Source: Synergistales bacterium (GTDB lineage Bacteria > Synergistota > Synergistia > Synergistales > Aminobacteriaceae). Taken from it: 38,609 nt of DNA. Shown in pieces: positions 9,038 to 18,116 of the stretch. The stretch lies in assembly GCA_025997955.1 (NCBI GenBank), contig BNVH01000030.1, positions 1-38,609 on the forward strand. Direction: 5' to 3'. The notes beneath the pieces are model-generated. The model was not told the DNA's origin and did no database searches. It saw only the letters and a program-made list of their open reading frames with translations. Made by a program: the position numbers and the translations under genes. Position 1 is the stretch's first letter. Every line of letters begins with the position of its first letter.

Positions 9038-9988
9038 ATGCAGGAAGTAAAAAAAGTTATAACCGAGGTAGGGACAAATGAGTGGCAGGTCGTGGTCTTC
9101 TTCTTGGGAGAACAATCTTTTGCCATAAACGTAGATAAAACACGCGAAATACTACGTTGGCCGGGTTGCAGGGTGATTCCCGATTCACCGAGCGCGATGA
9201 TAGGTATCACCTCCGTTCGCGGAGAGGTTTTACCTTTAGTCGATCTGAGGGTGTTTTTAAATATCCCGGCTAAAATAGAACGAGACCAGAGCAAAGTCAT
9301 CATAGCGGAGTTCAACGAGGTCAAGTTGGGGTTTGTGGTAGACGCGGTGGAGAGAATTTACCGCATAAACTCCGAGGATTTGGATTCCTCACTGACGGGC
9401 AAGTATCTCGGCGAGTGGATTCTTTACGTCATCAAGCGAGACGAGCGCAACGTGTTGCTATTGGACTACGAGGCGATAGTGCAGATGATCAGTCCGCAGC
9501 TTTCCATGAATCATCAGTGGGACCCGGCGGAAGTTCAGGAGATGGCCGAGGCTCACGGCATAGGGCATCCGTCGCAGTATCGCATTATAGCAGCTGAGGA
9601 CTCTCCCCTGATTCGCAAACAGATTAAGGATTCTCTCGCGAGCGGCGGGTTTACCAACGTCATTATCTGCCCTGACGGCAAAGAAGCATACGACCGCCTC
9701 ATGGAGCCGGACGCCCATTTTGATGTCCTGATAACGGACGTTGAGATGCCTAACTTAGACGGGCTTGCCCTGACAAGACGCCTGAAGGAGAACAGCAAGA
9801 CTAAGGATTTGCCGATTATAGTATTTTCTTCCATAATGGCGCAGGACATCAAAGCTAAAGCGGCCAGTATAGGCGCAAGATACCAGATAACCAAGCCCGA
9901 GGTTTCTCAGTTAGTGAAGTATGTCGTGAAGATAATCAAAGAAGAGCAGGACGCGGCCGAGAAGCGCGCGGCTCAGATGGTAGCTTGA
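9038..9988 (+). CDS. cheV: Chemotaxis protein CheV (CheW-like coupling domain fused to a response-regulator receiver domain).
   Basis: N-terminal CheW-like domain (WQVVVFFLGEQSFAINVDKTREIL...). C-terminal REC domain with the acceptor Asp in VLITDVEMPNLDG. GAGGGA RBS upstream of ATG 9038. Confidence 0.85.
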   Translation: MQEVKKVITEVGTNEWQVVVFFLGEQSFAINVDKTREILRWPGCRVIPDSPSAMIGITSVRGEVLPLVDLRVFLNIPAKIERDQSKVIIAEFNEVKLGFVVDAVERIYRINSEDLDSSLTGKYLGEWILYVIKRDERNVLLLDYEAIVQMISPQLSMNHQWDPAEVQEMAEAHGIGHPSQYRIIAAEDSPLIRKQIKDSLASGGFTNVIICPDGKEAYDRLMEPDAHFDVLITDVEMPNLDGLALTRRLKENSKTKDLPIIVFSSIMAQDIKAKAASIGARYQITKPEVSQLVKYVVKIIKEEQDAAEKRAAQMVA

Positions 9989-10686
9989 CGGACGGAGTAT
10001 TACCTTTGCTACGTTACTGGAATTCCGACCTGGACTTGGAAGTGGCTTCGTGGTTCCCGTTTGGGGTTGACTATAAGCCTGTTTCCATAAATACGATGCA
10101 CAGTTTTCAGTTGGAGAATATAGCTTCTTTGTGCCTTGAAACGGGGAGTGAGTTCTTTTTCATGTCCTCAATGTTTAGCGGGTGCGTCGGAAGCCTCATG
10201 CGGGATAACTTTTATAAAGACGAAAACAAGGGCTCTTTCAGCTTGGGGTTCATGATGCTTTTGGGATATTCTCCTCAGATGGAGAAGATATTGGGCCAAA
10301 AAATATCTGAGCGTCAGGATGTACGGGCTGGGGTGGCTTTTTGTTCTCTGTGGAACAAGACTTTGTTTTTGGAGAATATGAAAGTTATAGTCCTCGTCAG
10401 CGAGAGTCTTTTTTTTAGCGAGGACGAGTTTTTGGCCGACTTCGAGTCCATCTTGGAGGGTGAAGTGGCCGATGACAAGGGGCAATCGAAACATTCGAGC
10501 GTTTCGTATTTTGCCGAAAAATTTGGCTACAAGCGTTTTTATATGGCATACGAGACAGACGATCTCTTGCAGATAAGGATAAGTAAACTGCTCTACGAAA
10601 TGGAGTTTCCGGAGACGCGTATGATGGTCGGCCCTTCGCCTGAGATGGTTTTTCCGCCATTTCTGGGAGTGACCGTAAGTCTCTAA
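9985..10686 (+). CDS. Hypothetical protein. Putative TTG start overlaps the cheV stop codon; alternative internal ATG starts exist.
   Basis: The open frame fills the cheV-rpoD gap on the same strand and shows RNY-like codon periodicity. There is no recognisable domain. The region looks A/T-richer than its flanks. Confidence 0.4.
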   Translation: MTDGVLPLLRYWNSDLDLEVASWFPFGVDYKPVSINTMHSFQLENIASLCLETGSEFFFMSSMFSGCVGSLMRDNFYKDENKGSFSLGFMMLLGYSPQMEKILGQKISERQDVRAGVAFCSLWNKTLFLENMKVIVLVSESLFFSEDEFLADFESILEGEVADDKGQSKHSSVSYFAEKFGYKRFYMAYETDDLLQIRISKLLYEMEFPETRMMVGPSPEMVFPPFLGVTVSL

Positions 10687-10720
10687 AGAGCGCGACAGAA
10701 ACGCAACAGGAGGACAATAA

Positions 10721-11851
10721 GTGGAAAAACAAAACGCGGACGCCTCAAAAATAGAGTCGTCCAATGAATATTTGGGTAAGGTCCGTAATCTCGTGCATGA
10801 TTCGCAGGGGCGCGGGTTTGTAACTCATCAGGACATAGAACGCCACATCCCTGTGGATACATGGACATCCGATATGTTGGACAGCGTATTCACCAATCTG
10901 CAGGAGATGGGTATAGAGGTGGTTCCGGAGGAAAGCGGCCCGGCTAAGATGAAGACCGCCGTGGCCGTAGGCGAGGATTATGTGCCCTCTATCGACGGCG
11001 ATATAGGAAAACTTGACGATATTCCTCTGACAGACCCTGTGCGTATGTATTTGCGCGAAATAGGAAAAGTCTCCCTTTTGACGGCCGAGGAAGAAGTGAC
11101 TTTGGCCAAGCAGATGGAAGACGGCAGCGACAAAGCGAAACAGAAACTTATCGACGCCAACTTGCGTTTGGTTGTAAGCATAGCCAAAAAATACATAGGG
11201 CGCGGAATGCTTTTTCTTGACCTCATTCAGGAGGGCAATCTCGGGCTTATTCGCGCCGTGGAGAAGTTCGACTACCACAAAGGCTTCAAGTTCAGCACGT
11301 ACGCCACGTGGTGGATACGCCAGGCTATTACCCGCGCCATAGCGGATCAGGCCCGCACTATCCGCGTGCCTGTCCACATGGTGGAAACCATAAACAAAAT
11401 GGTGCGCATATCGCGTCAGCTCGTCCAAAGATTAGGACGTGAGCCCACCGACGACGAGATAGCCGTCGAAATGGAAATACCCCCCACGAGAGTGGAGGAG
11501 ATTCGCCGTATAGCGCAGCTTCCTGTTTCTCTTGAAACTCCTATAGGCGAGGAGGAGGACAGTCAGCTCGGCGACTTTATCGAGGACAGGGAGCTTCCAA
11601 GCCCTGACGAGGCGGCGGCGGATCACTTGTTGCACGAGCAAATCGAGGAGATGTTAGACAACCTTTCTATAAGAGAAAGAGAGGTTTTGCACTTTCGTTT
11701 TGGCTTAGAGGACGGACATTCTTACACCCTTGAAGAAGTGGGGCGCAAATTTGGCGTCACGCGCGAACGTATCCGGCAAATAGAGGCCAAGGCTCTCAGG
11801 AAGCTCCGCCATCCGAGCCGAAGCCGCAAATTGAGGGATTTTCTGGATTAA
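10721..11851 (+). CDS. rpoD: Primary RNA polymerase sigma factor (sigma70/RpoD, short Firmicutes/Thermotogae-like form). GTG start.
   Basis: Regions 1.2 through 4 are present ([11 protein letters not shown]; [53 protein letters not shown]; [29 protein letters not shown]). An AGGAGGA RBS lies 7 nt before GTG. Confidence 0.92.
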   Translation: MEKQNADASKIESSNEYLGKVRNLVHDSQGRGFVTHQDIERHIPVDTWTSDMLDSVFTNLQEMGIEVVPEESGPAKMKTAVAVGEDYVPSIDGDIGKLDDIPLTDPVRMYLREIGKVSLLTAEEEVTLAKQMEDGSDKAKQKLIDANLRLVVSIAKKYIGRGMLFLDLIQEGNLGLIRAVEKFDYHKGFKFSTYATWWIRQAITRAIADQARTIRVPVHMVETINKMVRISRQLVQRLGREPTDDEIAVEMEIPPTRVEEIRRIAQLPVSLETPIGEEEDSQLGDFIEDRELPSPDEAAADHLLHEQIEEMLDNLSIREREVLHFRFGLEDGHSYTLEEVGRKFGVTRERIRQIEAKALRKLRHPSRSRKLRDFLD

Positions 11852-11878
11852 ATTTTTTCAGGAATGGAGATGGCATAG

Positions 11879-12400
11879 ATGACTTTTAAAAGTAAGTTTA
11901 ATTTTGCTTTAAGCGCGTTTTTCGTGTGGCTCGTTGTGTTCCTGCCAGCTTCCGCTTACGCGGCGGGCATGGTGCAAACACACAACACAAGAATGCAGTC
12001 GAGAAATCAGACGCTTGAGGCTGCCGGCGCGGGGGGCGGGAACACCGACCTCAGGGCTATATCTAATGCCAAACCCCAAACTCTGACCGGCCTGCCAGCG
12101 GGAGCCATAGGAAGCGGATCGAGCCTTGAGGATATTCCCGAAGATCAGCGTCCGGTCGGAAGGGTTGTTTTGGCCGGCGACCATATGGATTCGCCTATCG
12201 GAGCCGGGCTTGTCGGCTCTAAGCTTGACCGCGTCTGCGGAATAGCGGAACACATGGGATATAAAGTCGTAAAGAAGGGCTACACGCCAAACTCCATAGA
12301 CGCCGTGTATTCGTTTAACGTCATGAAAGGAAAAGCTCGCGTGGCCACGGTTCATCTTGACCGAAGTATGAGGGTGTCGATGGTCGAGGCGGTTGAGTAG
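11879..12400 (+). CDS. Secreted hypothetical protein with an N-terminal signal peptide.
   Basis: A signal-peptide-like N-terminus (FALSAFFVWLVVFLPASAYAAG) and a Gly/Ala-rich mature region. GGAG RBS at 11863-11866. No recognisable domain. Confidence 0.5.
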   Translation: MTFKSKFNFALSAFFVWLVVFLPASAYAAGMVQTHNTRMQSRNQTLEAAGAGGGNTDLRAISNAKPQTLTGLPAGAIGSGSSLEDIPEDQRPVGRVVLAGDHMDSPIGAGLVGSKLDRVCGIAEHMGYKVVKKGYTPNSIDAVYSFNVMKGKARVATVHLDRSMRVSMVEAVE

Positions 12401-12411
12401 AAGGAGACATA

Positions 12412-13638
12412 ATGTCCAAAACCGAAGTTTCAAGCGCCTGTCCGTCCGGAGACGGCGTAAAGCATTATCTGCGCGCGCCTGAGCGCAGAATAGCTCTTAT
12501 TTCTTTAGCGCATGGCGTAAATGATATGTACGCCGCGTATCTGCCCACATTTATCCCCTTTATCCGTGAGAATTTGGGGTTGTCTTACGCCTTGGCCGGC
12601 AGCATGAATCTCATAGTAGGAATTTTTCATCTTATATGTCAGCCCGTCATAGGTTATGTTTGCGACCGCATCAGACGTCCCGTTCTTATGATAATCGGAC
12701 CCATTCTATGCGGACTTGGCGCCGCCATGCTGCCAAATACGAATTCTTTCGCCCTGACCATCGCCTTTGCCGGGCTTTGGGGGCTTGGCAGCGCTCTTTA
12801 TCATCCTCAGGGGAACGGCGGTATCGGATATATATCGCCGCCTGGGCGTTTGCCCACAGCCTTGGCTTGGTTTAATATCGTAGGCACGGTTGGGACGATG
12901 CTCAGCCCAGTCATAGCGGTGGGGAGCGTCAGACTGTTCGGTTATAAAGGCTTGCTTTTTACTCTTATCCCGGCGTTGTTGCTGGCTCCGCTTTTGGCCT
13001 ATTCCATGCCTTTTTTGAGAGAAGAATCGACTCAGGCGCAGCACGCTAAAAAGGGGTTTTTCAGGACGTTTGGCGCTGTTTTTGCCGTGCTCTACCCCAT
13101 ATTGGCCATCGCTATCACGCGGGACACTATTTTTCAGTTTGTGCGTTTTCTTTTGCCGCTTAAAGTCGTGGCGGAGGGCGGAAGTTTGGAGGACTCAGGC
13201 GGCATCGTGTTCTTCCTTACGCTTGGCAGCATACTCGGCATGATCCCGGCCACTAAGATCGCCAAAAAAATCGGTGACACAAAAACCATGTTGTTGAGCG
13301 TTATCCTTTGCTTTTGTTTTTTTATGGCGGCCAACGCGCTTGAGGGCTGGCCATCGATAGCGTGCTATTTTATGGTTGCTTTATCAATTTACTCAAACTC
13401 GCCCATTGCGGCTTCTATGGCTCAAAAAATCGTCCCCGGCGAGCGCAGCATGTCAAGCGCCGTCGTCGTCGGGTTGTCTTGGGGTATGAGCAACGTCCTG
13501 CTTTCGCCCTGCGGTAAGCTCATAGATATATTCGGTATATACAATACGCTTGTCATTGTGGGCTTTTTGCCGCTCCTAAGCCTGCCGTTTTTTATGACCA
13601 AGGTCTTCAGAGAGCATGACCGTCATGATGTTAAGTGA
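12412..13638 (+). CDS. MFS-family transporter.
   Basis: A ~12-TM hydrophobic profile and an MFS-like N-terminal half (GVNDMYAAYLPTFIPFI...GYVCDRIRRP). Confidence 0.7.
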   Translation: MSKTEVSSACPSGDGVKHYLRAPERRIALISLAHGVNDMYAAYLPTFIPFIRENLGLSYALAGSMNLIVGIFHLICQPVIGYVCDRIRRPVLMIIGPILCGLGAAMLPNTNSFALTIAFAGLWGLGSALYHPQGNGGIGYISPPGRLPTALAWFNIVGTVGTMLSPVIAVGSVRLFGYKGLLFTLIPALLLAPLLAYSMPFLREESTQAQHAKKGFFRTFGAVFAVLYPILAIAITRDTIFQFVRFLLPLKVVAEGGSLEDSGGIVFFLTLGSILGMIPATKIAKKIGDTKTMLLSVILCFCFFMAANALEGWPSIACYFMVALSIYSNSPIAASMAQKIVPGERSMSSAVVVGLSWGMSNVLLSPCGKLIDIFGIYNTLVIVGFLPLLSLPFFMTKVFREHDRHDVK

Positions 13639-13641
13639 AAG

Positions 13642-14262
13642 GTGAGTCATTTGAAAGGTCGCCTGCTTAAACTGTGCGTGATGGTATCGGGTCGAGGAAG
13701 CAATCTCGACGCGATAGTGAGGAGCATTGATGAAGGCAAGCTGAACGCTTGCGTCAATGTGGTCATCTCGGACCGTCACGACGCTCTCGCCCTGAAACGC
13801 GTCGAAGAATGGAATGCTGCCGGCGGCAAGAGAATAGAGAGCTTTGTCATTGAACGAAGCTCTTTTCCCGGCAAAGACTCGTTCGATGACGCCATCGCTT
13901 CTATCTTGGAAGAAAGAGAAGTTGATTTGATAGTCTTGGCGGGTTTTATGAGGGTCTTGGGAGCTAAATTCGCGGCTCGTTTCGCGGGGAAAATTATCAA
14001 CATCCACCCATCGCTATTGCCGTCGTTTCCTGGGCTTCACGCGCAAAGACAAGCCCTTGCGTACGGCACTAAAATATCGGGGTGCACAGTGCATTTTGTG
14101 GATAAGACGTTAGACGGAGGGTCTATCATCTCCCAAGTTGCGGTTCCGGTTTTGGACGGCGATACGGAGGACACGCTGAGCGAGCGCATCCTTAAAGAAG
14201 AACACCGCCTCTTGCCGGAGACAATACAAAAATTAGCTGCTAATCAAATTCGGTTTGGATGA
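13642..14262 (+). CDS. purN: Phosphoribosylglycinamide formyltransferase PurN. Start uncertain: GTG 13642, TTG 13654 or ATG 13678.
   Basis: VMVSGRGSNLDAI, NIHPSLLPSFPG and the SGCTVHFVD motifs are diagnostic of GAR transformylase. Confidence 0.88.
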   Translation: MSHLKGRLLKLCVMVSGRGSNLDAIVRSIDEGKLNACVNVVISDRHDALALKRVEEWNAAGGKRIESFVIERSSFPGKDSFDDAIASILEEREVDLIVLAGFMRVLGAKFAARFAGKIINIHPSLLPSFPGLHAQRQALAYGTKISGCTVHFVDKTLDGGSIISQVAVPVLDGDTEDTLSERILKEEHRLLPETIQKLAANQIRFG

Positions 14263-14274
14263 GGGGTCTTTTTC

Positions 14275-15867
14275 ATGCCTAAAAGCGGAGTTGAATGTAA
14301 AGTTAAACGCGCGCTCATAAGCGTATCGGATAAAGCCGGCATAGTGGACTTGGCCGCCTCTCTCGTAAAGTTGGGCGTGGAGATAATATCCACGGGAGGA
14401 ACTTTCAAAACCATAAAGGACGCTGGGCTTTCCGTGACATACATATCAGATGTGACGAACTTTCCCGAGATATTGGACGGACGGGTCAAGACTCTGCACC
14501 CGGCTATACACGGTGGGATTTTGGCTAGAAGAACTATCAAAGAACACATGGACGCCCTATCCGACCAGCGCATAACCCCCATAGACATGGTGGTAGTGAA
14601 TCTCTATCCTTTCAAAGAAACGGCCAAAAGGCCTGACGCGTCATGGGATGAGTTAATTGAGAATATCGACATCGGAGGCCCCTCTATGGTGCGCTCCGCC
14701 GCTAAAAATCACGAGGACGTTATTATAATAGTCAACCCCAACGACTACGGCGTTGTTTTGAGCCAACTGCAAACCGCTGGAGACTGCCCAAAAGAAGAGA
14801 GAGTGCGTTTGGCCTTGGCCGCCTTTAAGCATACGACCGAGTATGACGCCTGTATCGCCGAGGTTTTGGCGGGTCGGATCGCTCTATCTGCGGTCAGCGC
14901 CCCTACGCTTATCAAAAGTATAGAAAAAGAATCCAATTTGCGCTACGGGGAAAACCCCGGACAGGCGGCGTCGCTATACCGCGTTTCCTACGCGGACGCG
15001 GACACGAGCTTGTCATTTATCGACTCAAAACAATTGCAGGGAAAAGAACTTTCGTACAACAACTGGTTAGACTCCGACGGCGCTTTCAAGCTGATTCAGG
15101 AGCTTCACGCGTCGTATTCGGACAAAGCCGCCGTCGCCATAATAAAGCATACCAACCCGTGCGGCGCGGCCGTGTCCGATACGTTGCAGGAGGCGTTTTG
15201 GAAAGCGTTCGAGTCCGATTCCGTCTCGGCCTTTGGCGGGATTATAGCGGTGAACCGCCCTGTGACCGCGGAGTTGGCGATAGGCATGTCCGATATTTTT
15301 TTTGAGGTTGTCATAGCGCCGGAATATACACCCCAAGCGCTTGAGGTTTTTAGCGCTAAGAAAAACCTGCGGCTTTTGGAAGTTCCTCGGGATGCCTGGA
15401 AAATACGAAGCGCGCCTGAACTAAGGAGCGTTTCGGGCGGACTTTTAGTCCAGGGCCGAGACTGCCAAGAAAGTCCTGTGGAAACATGGAAAACGGTCAC
15501 TCGCCGCGCGCCGCTCAAAGACGAGCTTGAAGATATGGCCTTTGCGTGGATAGTCGCGAAGCACGTAAAATCAAACGCTATTTTGCTTGCGCGCGGCATG
15601 TCCACGGTTGGCGTTGGCGCGGGGCAGATGAACCGCGTTGGCGCGGCCGAGATAGCCTTGAGGCAGGCCGGAGAAAAAGCCAAAGGGTCTGTGCTGGCCA
15701 GCGACGCGTTTTTTCCGTTTTCGGATACTGTCCTCCTGTCGGCGCGGTATGGCGTAAGGGCTATCGTTCAGCCGGGGGGCTCTTTGAAAGATCAAGAATC
15801 CATAGACGCCTCGGACGAAAACGGCTTGACCATGCTTTTTACCGGTGTTCGTCATTTCAAGCATTGA
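14275..15867 (+). CDS. purH: Bifunctional AICAR transformylase / IMP cyclohydrolase PurH.
   Basis: N-terminal MGS-like domain (KRALISVSDKAGIV...STGGT...DGRVKTLHP) and a C-terminal AICARFT domain. Confidence 0.92.
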   Translation: MPKSGVECKVKRALISVSDKAGIVDLAASLVKLGVEIISTGGTFKTIKDAGLSVTYISDVTNFPEILDGRVKTLHPAIHGGILARRTIKEHMDALSDQRITPIDMVVVNLYPFKETAKRPDASWDELIENIDIGGPSMVRSAAKNHEDVIIIVNPNDYGVVLSQLQTAGDCPKEERVRLALAAFKHTTEYDACIAEVLAGRIALSAVSAPTLIKSIEKESNLRYGENPGQAASLYRVSYADADTSLSFIDSKQLQGKELSYNNWLDSDGAFKLIQELHASYSDKAAVAIIKHTNPCGAAVSDTLQEAFWKAFESDSVSAFGGIIAVNRPVTAELAIGMSDIFFEVVIAPEYTPQALEVFSAKKNLRLLEVPRDAWKIRSAPELRSVSGGLLVQGRDCQESPVETWKTVTRRAPLKDELEDMAFAWIVAKHVKSNAILLARGMSTVGVGAGQMNRVGAAEIALRQAGEKAKGSVLASDAFFPFSDTVLLSARYGVRAIVQPGGSLKDQESIDASDENGLTMLFTGVRHFKH

Positions 15868-15900
15868 GTTGCGTAGCGTTAAGACTGTGAGGGGTTAATT

Positions 15901-17529
15901 ATGGCAATAGTCGGTCTTGTGGTTGTAGCTCTTCTCGTTATCTTTTTATTTTTGACATTTATCGCGATAATGCATCGCTATCAGCGCTGTCCCGCGGACA
16001 AAATTCTCGTCATCTACGGCAGAACCGGCGAGGGCTCGGCCAAGTGCATACACGGCGGCGCGGCTTTCGTCATCCCTCTTCTTCAGGACTACGCTTACCT
16101 CGATCTTACGCCGATATCGATAGATATACCCCTTCAGGGCGCGCTCTCAAAGGAAAACATCCGCATCTCCGCGCCATCGACGTTCACCGTCGGAATCAGC
16201 ACAGAGCCGGTCGTGATGAAAAACGCCGCCGAGCGCTTGTTGGAGCTCAAACAGTCCGACGTCAGAAAAGTGGCGGAGGACATCATTTTCGGTCAGTTCC
16301 GCGCCACTATCGCCACCATGAAAATCGAGGAAATAAACACGGACAGGGAGAAGTTCCAGTCCGCGGTGATGGAGTCGGTGGAGGTAGAGCTTGCCAAGGT
16401 AGGGCTTCGCGTCATAAACGTGAACATCAAGGATATAGACGACGAGTCCGGCTACATCAAAGCGCTCGGTCAAAAGGCCGCGTCGGAGGCTATAAACCAG
16501 GCCAAGATAGACGTTGCGCAGCAGGATAGAAAGGGACAAATAGGCGTAGCCGAGGCCGAGAAGGAAAAAGAGATAGGCGTCGCGAACGCTAAGCGCTCGC
16601 GGGAAATAGGCGTGGCCGGCGCGGATAAAGAAAGGGAAATAGGGTTGGCGGAGGCCGCGAAGGACCGTGAAATAGGCATCGCCGGCGCTGATATGGCGAA
16701 GAGCATCGGCATAGCCGAGGCGCAGAAGGACCAGGAAATAGGCGTAGCGAACGCCGCTAAGGAAAAAGAGATAGGACTTGCCGGAGCCCTGCGCGAACAG
16801 CGCGTAGGAGTCGCCGCGGCGGACGCCGAGGCCGTGAAGGGCGAAAACCTCGCTAAGCAGGTAAAGGCGGAGTCCGAGGCGGACTTGCGCGAGAAGGTCG
16901 CCGAGGCCAACCGGCGAGGCATGGTGGCGGAGAAAACCAAAGAGGCGGAGGCGAAGCAGACCGCGTACAGCGCCGAAATGGATGCGGAGGTCGCGAGGCA
17001 GGAGCGCGACAAGGCGTCCAGATTGGCCGACACAATCCCTCCGGCCGACGCCGAAAGGCGGAAGGTTATAATCCAAGCGGAGGCGGAGGCGGAAAAACAG
17101 CGACTTGAAGGACATGGAGAGGGCGAGCGGGTGAAAAACGAGATGCTTGGCCGCGCTGAGGGTATGAATGCGCTCTTCGAGGCTAACGCCAATGGTATAC
17201 ACAAACTCGTCTCGGCGGCGAGCGGCGACGCTAACGCGGCTTTCCTCTTGATGATGGCCGACCGCGTGCCGGAGCTGATGGAGATACAGGCCAAGGCTAT
17301 ATCCAACTTCAAAATAGACAAAGTCACTGTTTGGGACTCAGGATCAGGCGGCTCGGGCGGGTCGTCTATATCGAACCTCGTGAAGGACTACGCCACAAGT
17401 CTGCCCCCGCTGAACGATCTATTGCAGATGACCGGCGTTATAGGCCCTGGGCTCCTCGGCAAAAACAAAGACGTCGCCGGCACGGCTTCCACGGCTAATG
17501 ACGGCGTGGCGTCGCAGCAGAGAGCATGA
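15901..17529 (+). CDS. Flotillin-like SPFH/band-7 protein (FloT/YuaG-like).
   Basis: N-terminal TM, an SPFH domain, then a long EA-rich coiled-coil with imperfect EIGVA 11-13-aa repeats typical of flotillins. Confidence 0.85.
   Translation: MAIVGLVVVALLVIFLFLTFIAIMHRYQRCPADKILVIYGRTGEGSAKCIHGGAAFVIPLLQDYAYLDLTPISIDIPLQGALSKENIRISAPSTFTVGISTEPVVMKNAAERLLELKQSDVRKVAEDIIFGQFRATIATMKIEEINTDREKFQSAVMESVEVELAKVGLRVINVNIKDIDDESGYIKALGQKAASEAINQAKIDVAQQDRKGQIGVAEAEKEKEIGVANAKRSREIGVAGADKEREIGLAEAAKDREIGIAGADMAKSIGIAEAQKDQEIGVANAAKEKEIGLAGALREQRVGVAAADAEAVKGENLAKQVKAESEADLREKVAEANRRGMVAEKTKEAEAKQTAYSAEMDAEVARQERDKASRLADTIPPADAERRKVIIQAEAEAEKQRLEGHGEGERVKNEMLGRAEGMNALFEANANGIHKLVSAASGDANAAFLLMMADRVPELMEIQAKAISNFKIDKVTVWDSGSGGSGGSSISNLVKDYATSLPPLNDLLQMTGVIGPGLLGKNKDVAGTASTANDGVASQQRA
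16537..16800 (+). repeat. Imperfect ~36-nt in-frame tandem repeats encoding the flotillin E-A repeat region (…EKEIGVANAK / REIGVAGADK / REIGLAEAAK…).
   Basis: Visible periodicity at DNA and protein level. It also generates long spurious antisense ORFs. Confidence 0.6.
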
Positions 17530-18104
17530 CGCTTGAGATATTGACTGTATGGGACTGGGCGCATGCCGTGACTGGCGGCGTGGCGACGCTGATTTTTCTC
17601 ATTCAGACGCTTGGAAGCGCGCACGATTCCGACTCTGATACCGATACTGACGGTGACGGAGGCTTTCACTCTGACGGCGGCGGACTGTACGAGTATCTCT
17701 CCGTCCGAAACTTAGTGGCTTTTTTTATGGGTTATGGGTGGGTGACTTTCGTGGCGCTCCTCGTCGGTTTCGGCAAGAGCGCAGCGTCGCTCTGCGGACT
17801 CGTCTCCGGCTCTTTGTTCGTTATGGGTTCCCTGTTCATAGTCAGATCCTTTATGAAGCTGCGCGAGGACGGCAGTATTCGCTTGGAGGAATTAGTGGGG
17901 CGCAGCGCGTCCGTGTATATAGCGATAGGCGAACTCTCTCCCGGCAAGATTATGGTCGACACGAAGCACGGGCGTGTTGAGCTGTCGGCCCGCACTAAAG
18001 ACGCCTCTAGGCTTTCGTCTGGGCAGTTGGTGACGATTGTCGGCGCCGACGAGGGTATCCTATGGGTAACGGCCTTGCCCAAAAATGAACATACAAAAAA
18101 TTAA
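17526..18104 (+). CDS. NfeD-like membrane protein with a C-terminal OB-fold (YuaF/NfeD-short family), the usual flotillin partner. Start overlaps the flotillin stop (ATGA).
   Basis: It has TM helices, an acidic SDSDTDTDGDGG linker, and a C-terminal beta-barrel-like segment (ASVYIAIGELSPGKIMVDTKHGRVELSA...VTIVGADEGILWV). Confidence 0.7.
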   Translation: MTLEILTVWDWAHAVTGGVATLIFLIQTLGSAHDSDSDTDTDGDGGFHSDGGGLYEYLSVRNLVAFFMGYGWVTFVALLVGFGKSAASLCGLVSGSLFVMGSLFIVRSFMKLREDGSIRLEELVGRSASVYIAIGELSPGKIMVDTKHGRVELSARTKDASRLSSGQLVTIVGADEGILWVTALPKNEHTKN

Positions 18105-18116
18105 GGAGAAGACTTG

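Noticed and set aside
10168-11428. Minus-strand ORFs (198 and 227 codons) overlapping the hypothetical gene and rpoD
   Set aside because: The rpoD overlap is clearly spurious. The 10168-10764 frame opposes a plus-strand ORF that keeps operon continuity and coding periodicity. It is kept only as a caveat in the finding on that region.
16147-17327. Two long minus-strand ORFs (351 and 285 codons) antisense to the flotillin gene
   Set aside because: They lie entirely inside the well-supported flotillin CDS. They are generated by its GC-rich, repeat-rich coiled-coil region (low stop-codon frequency on the antisense strand) and have no RBS or recognisable domains.
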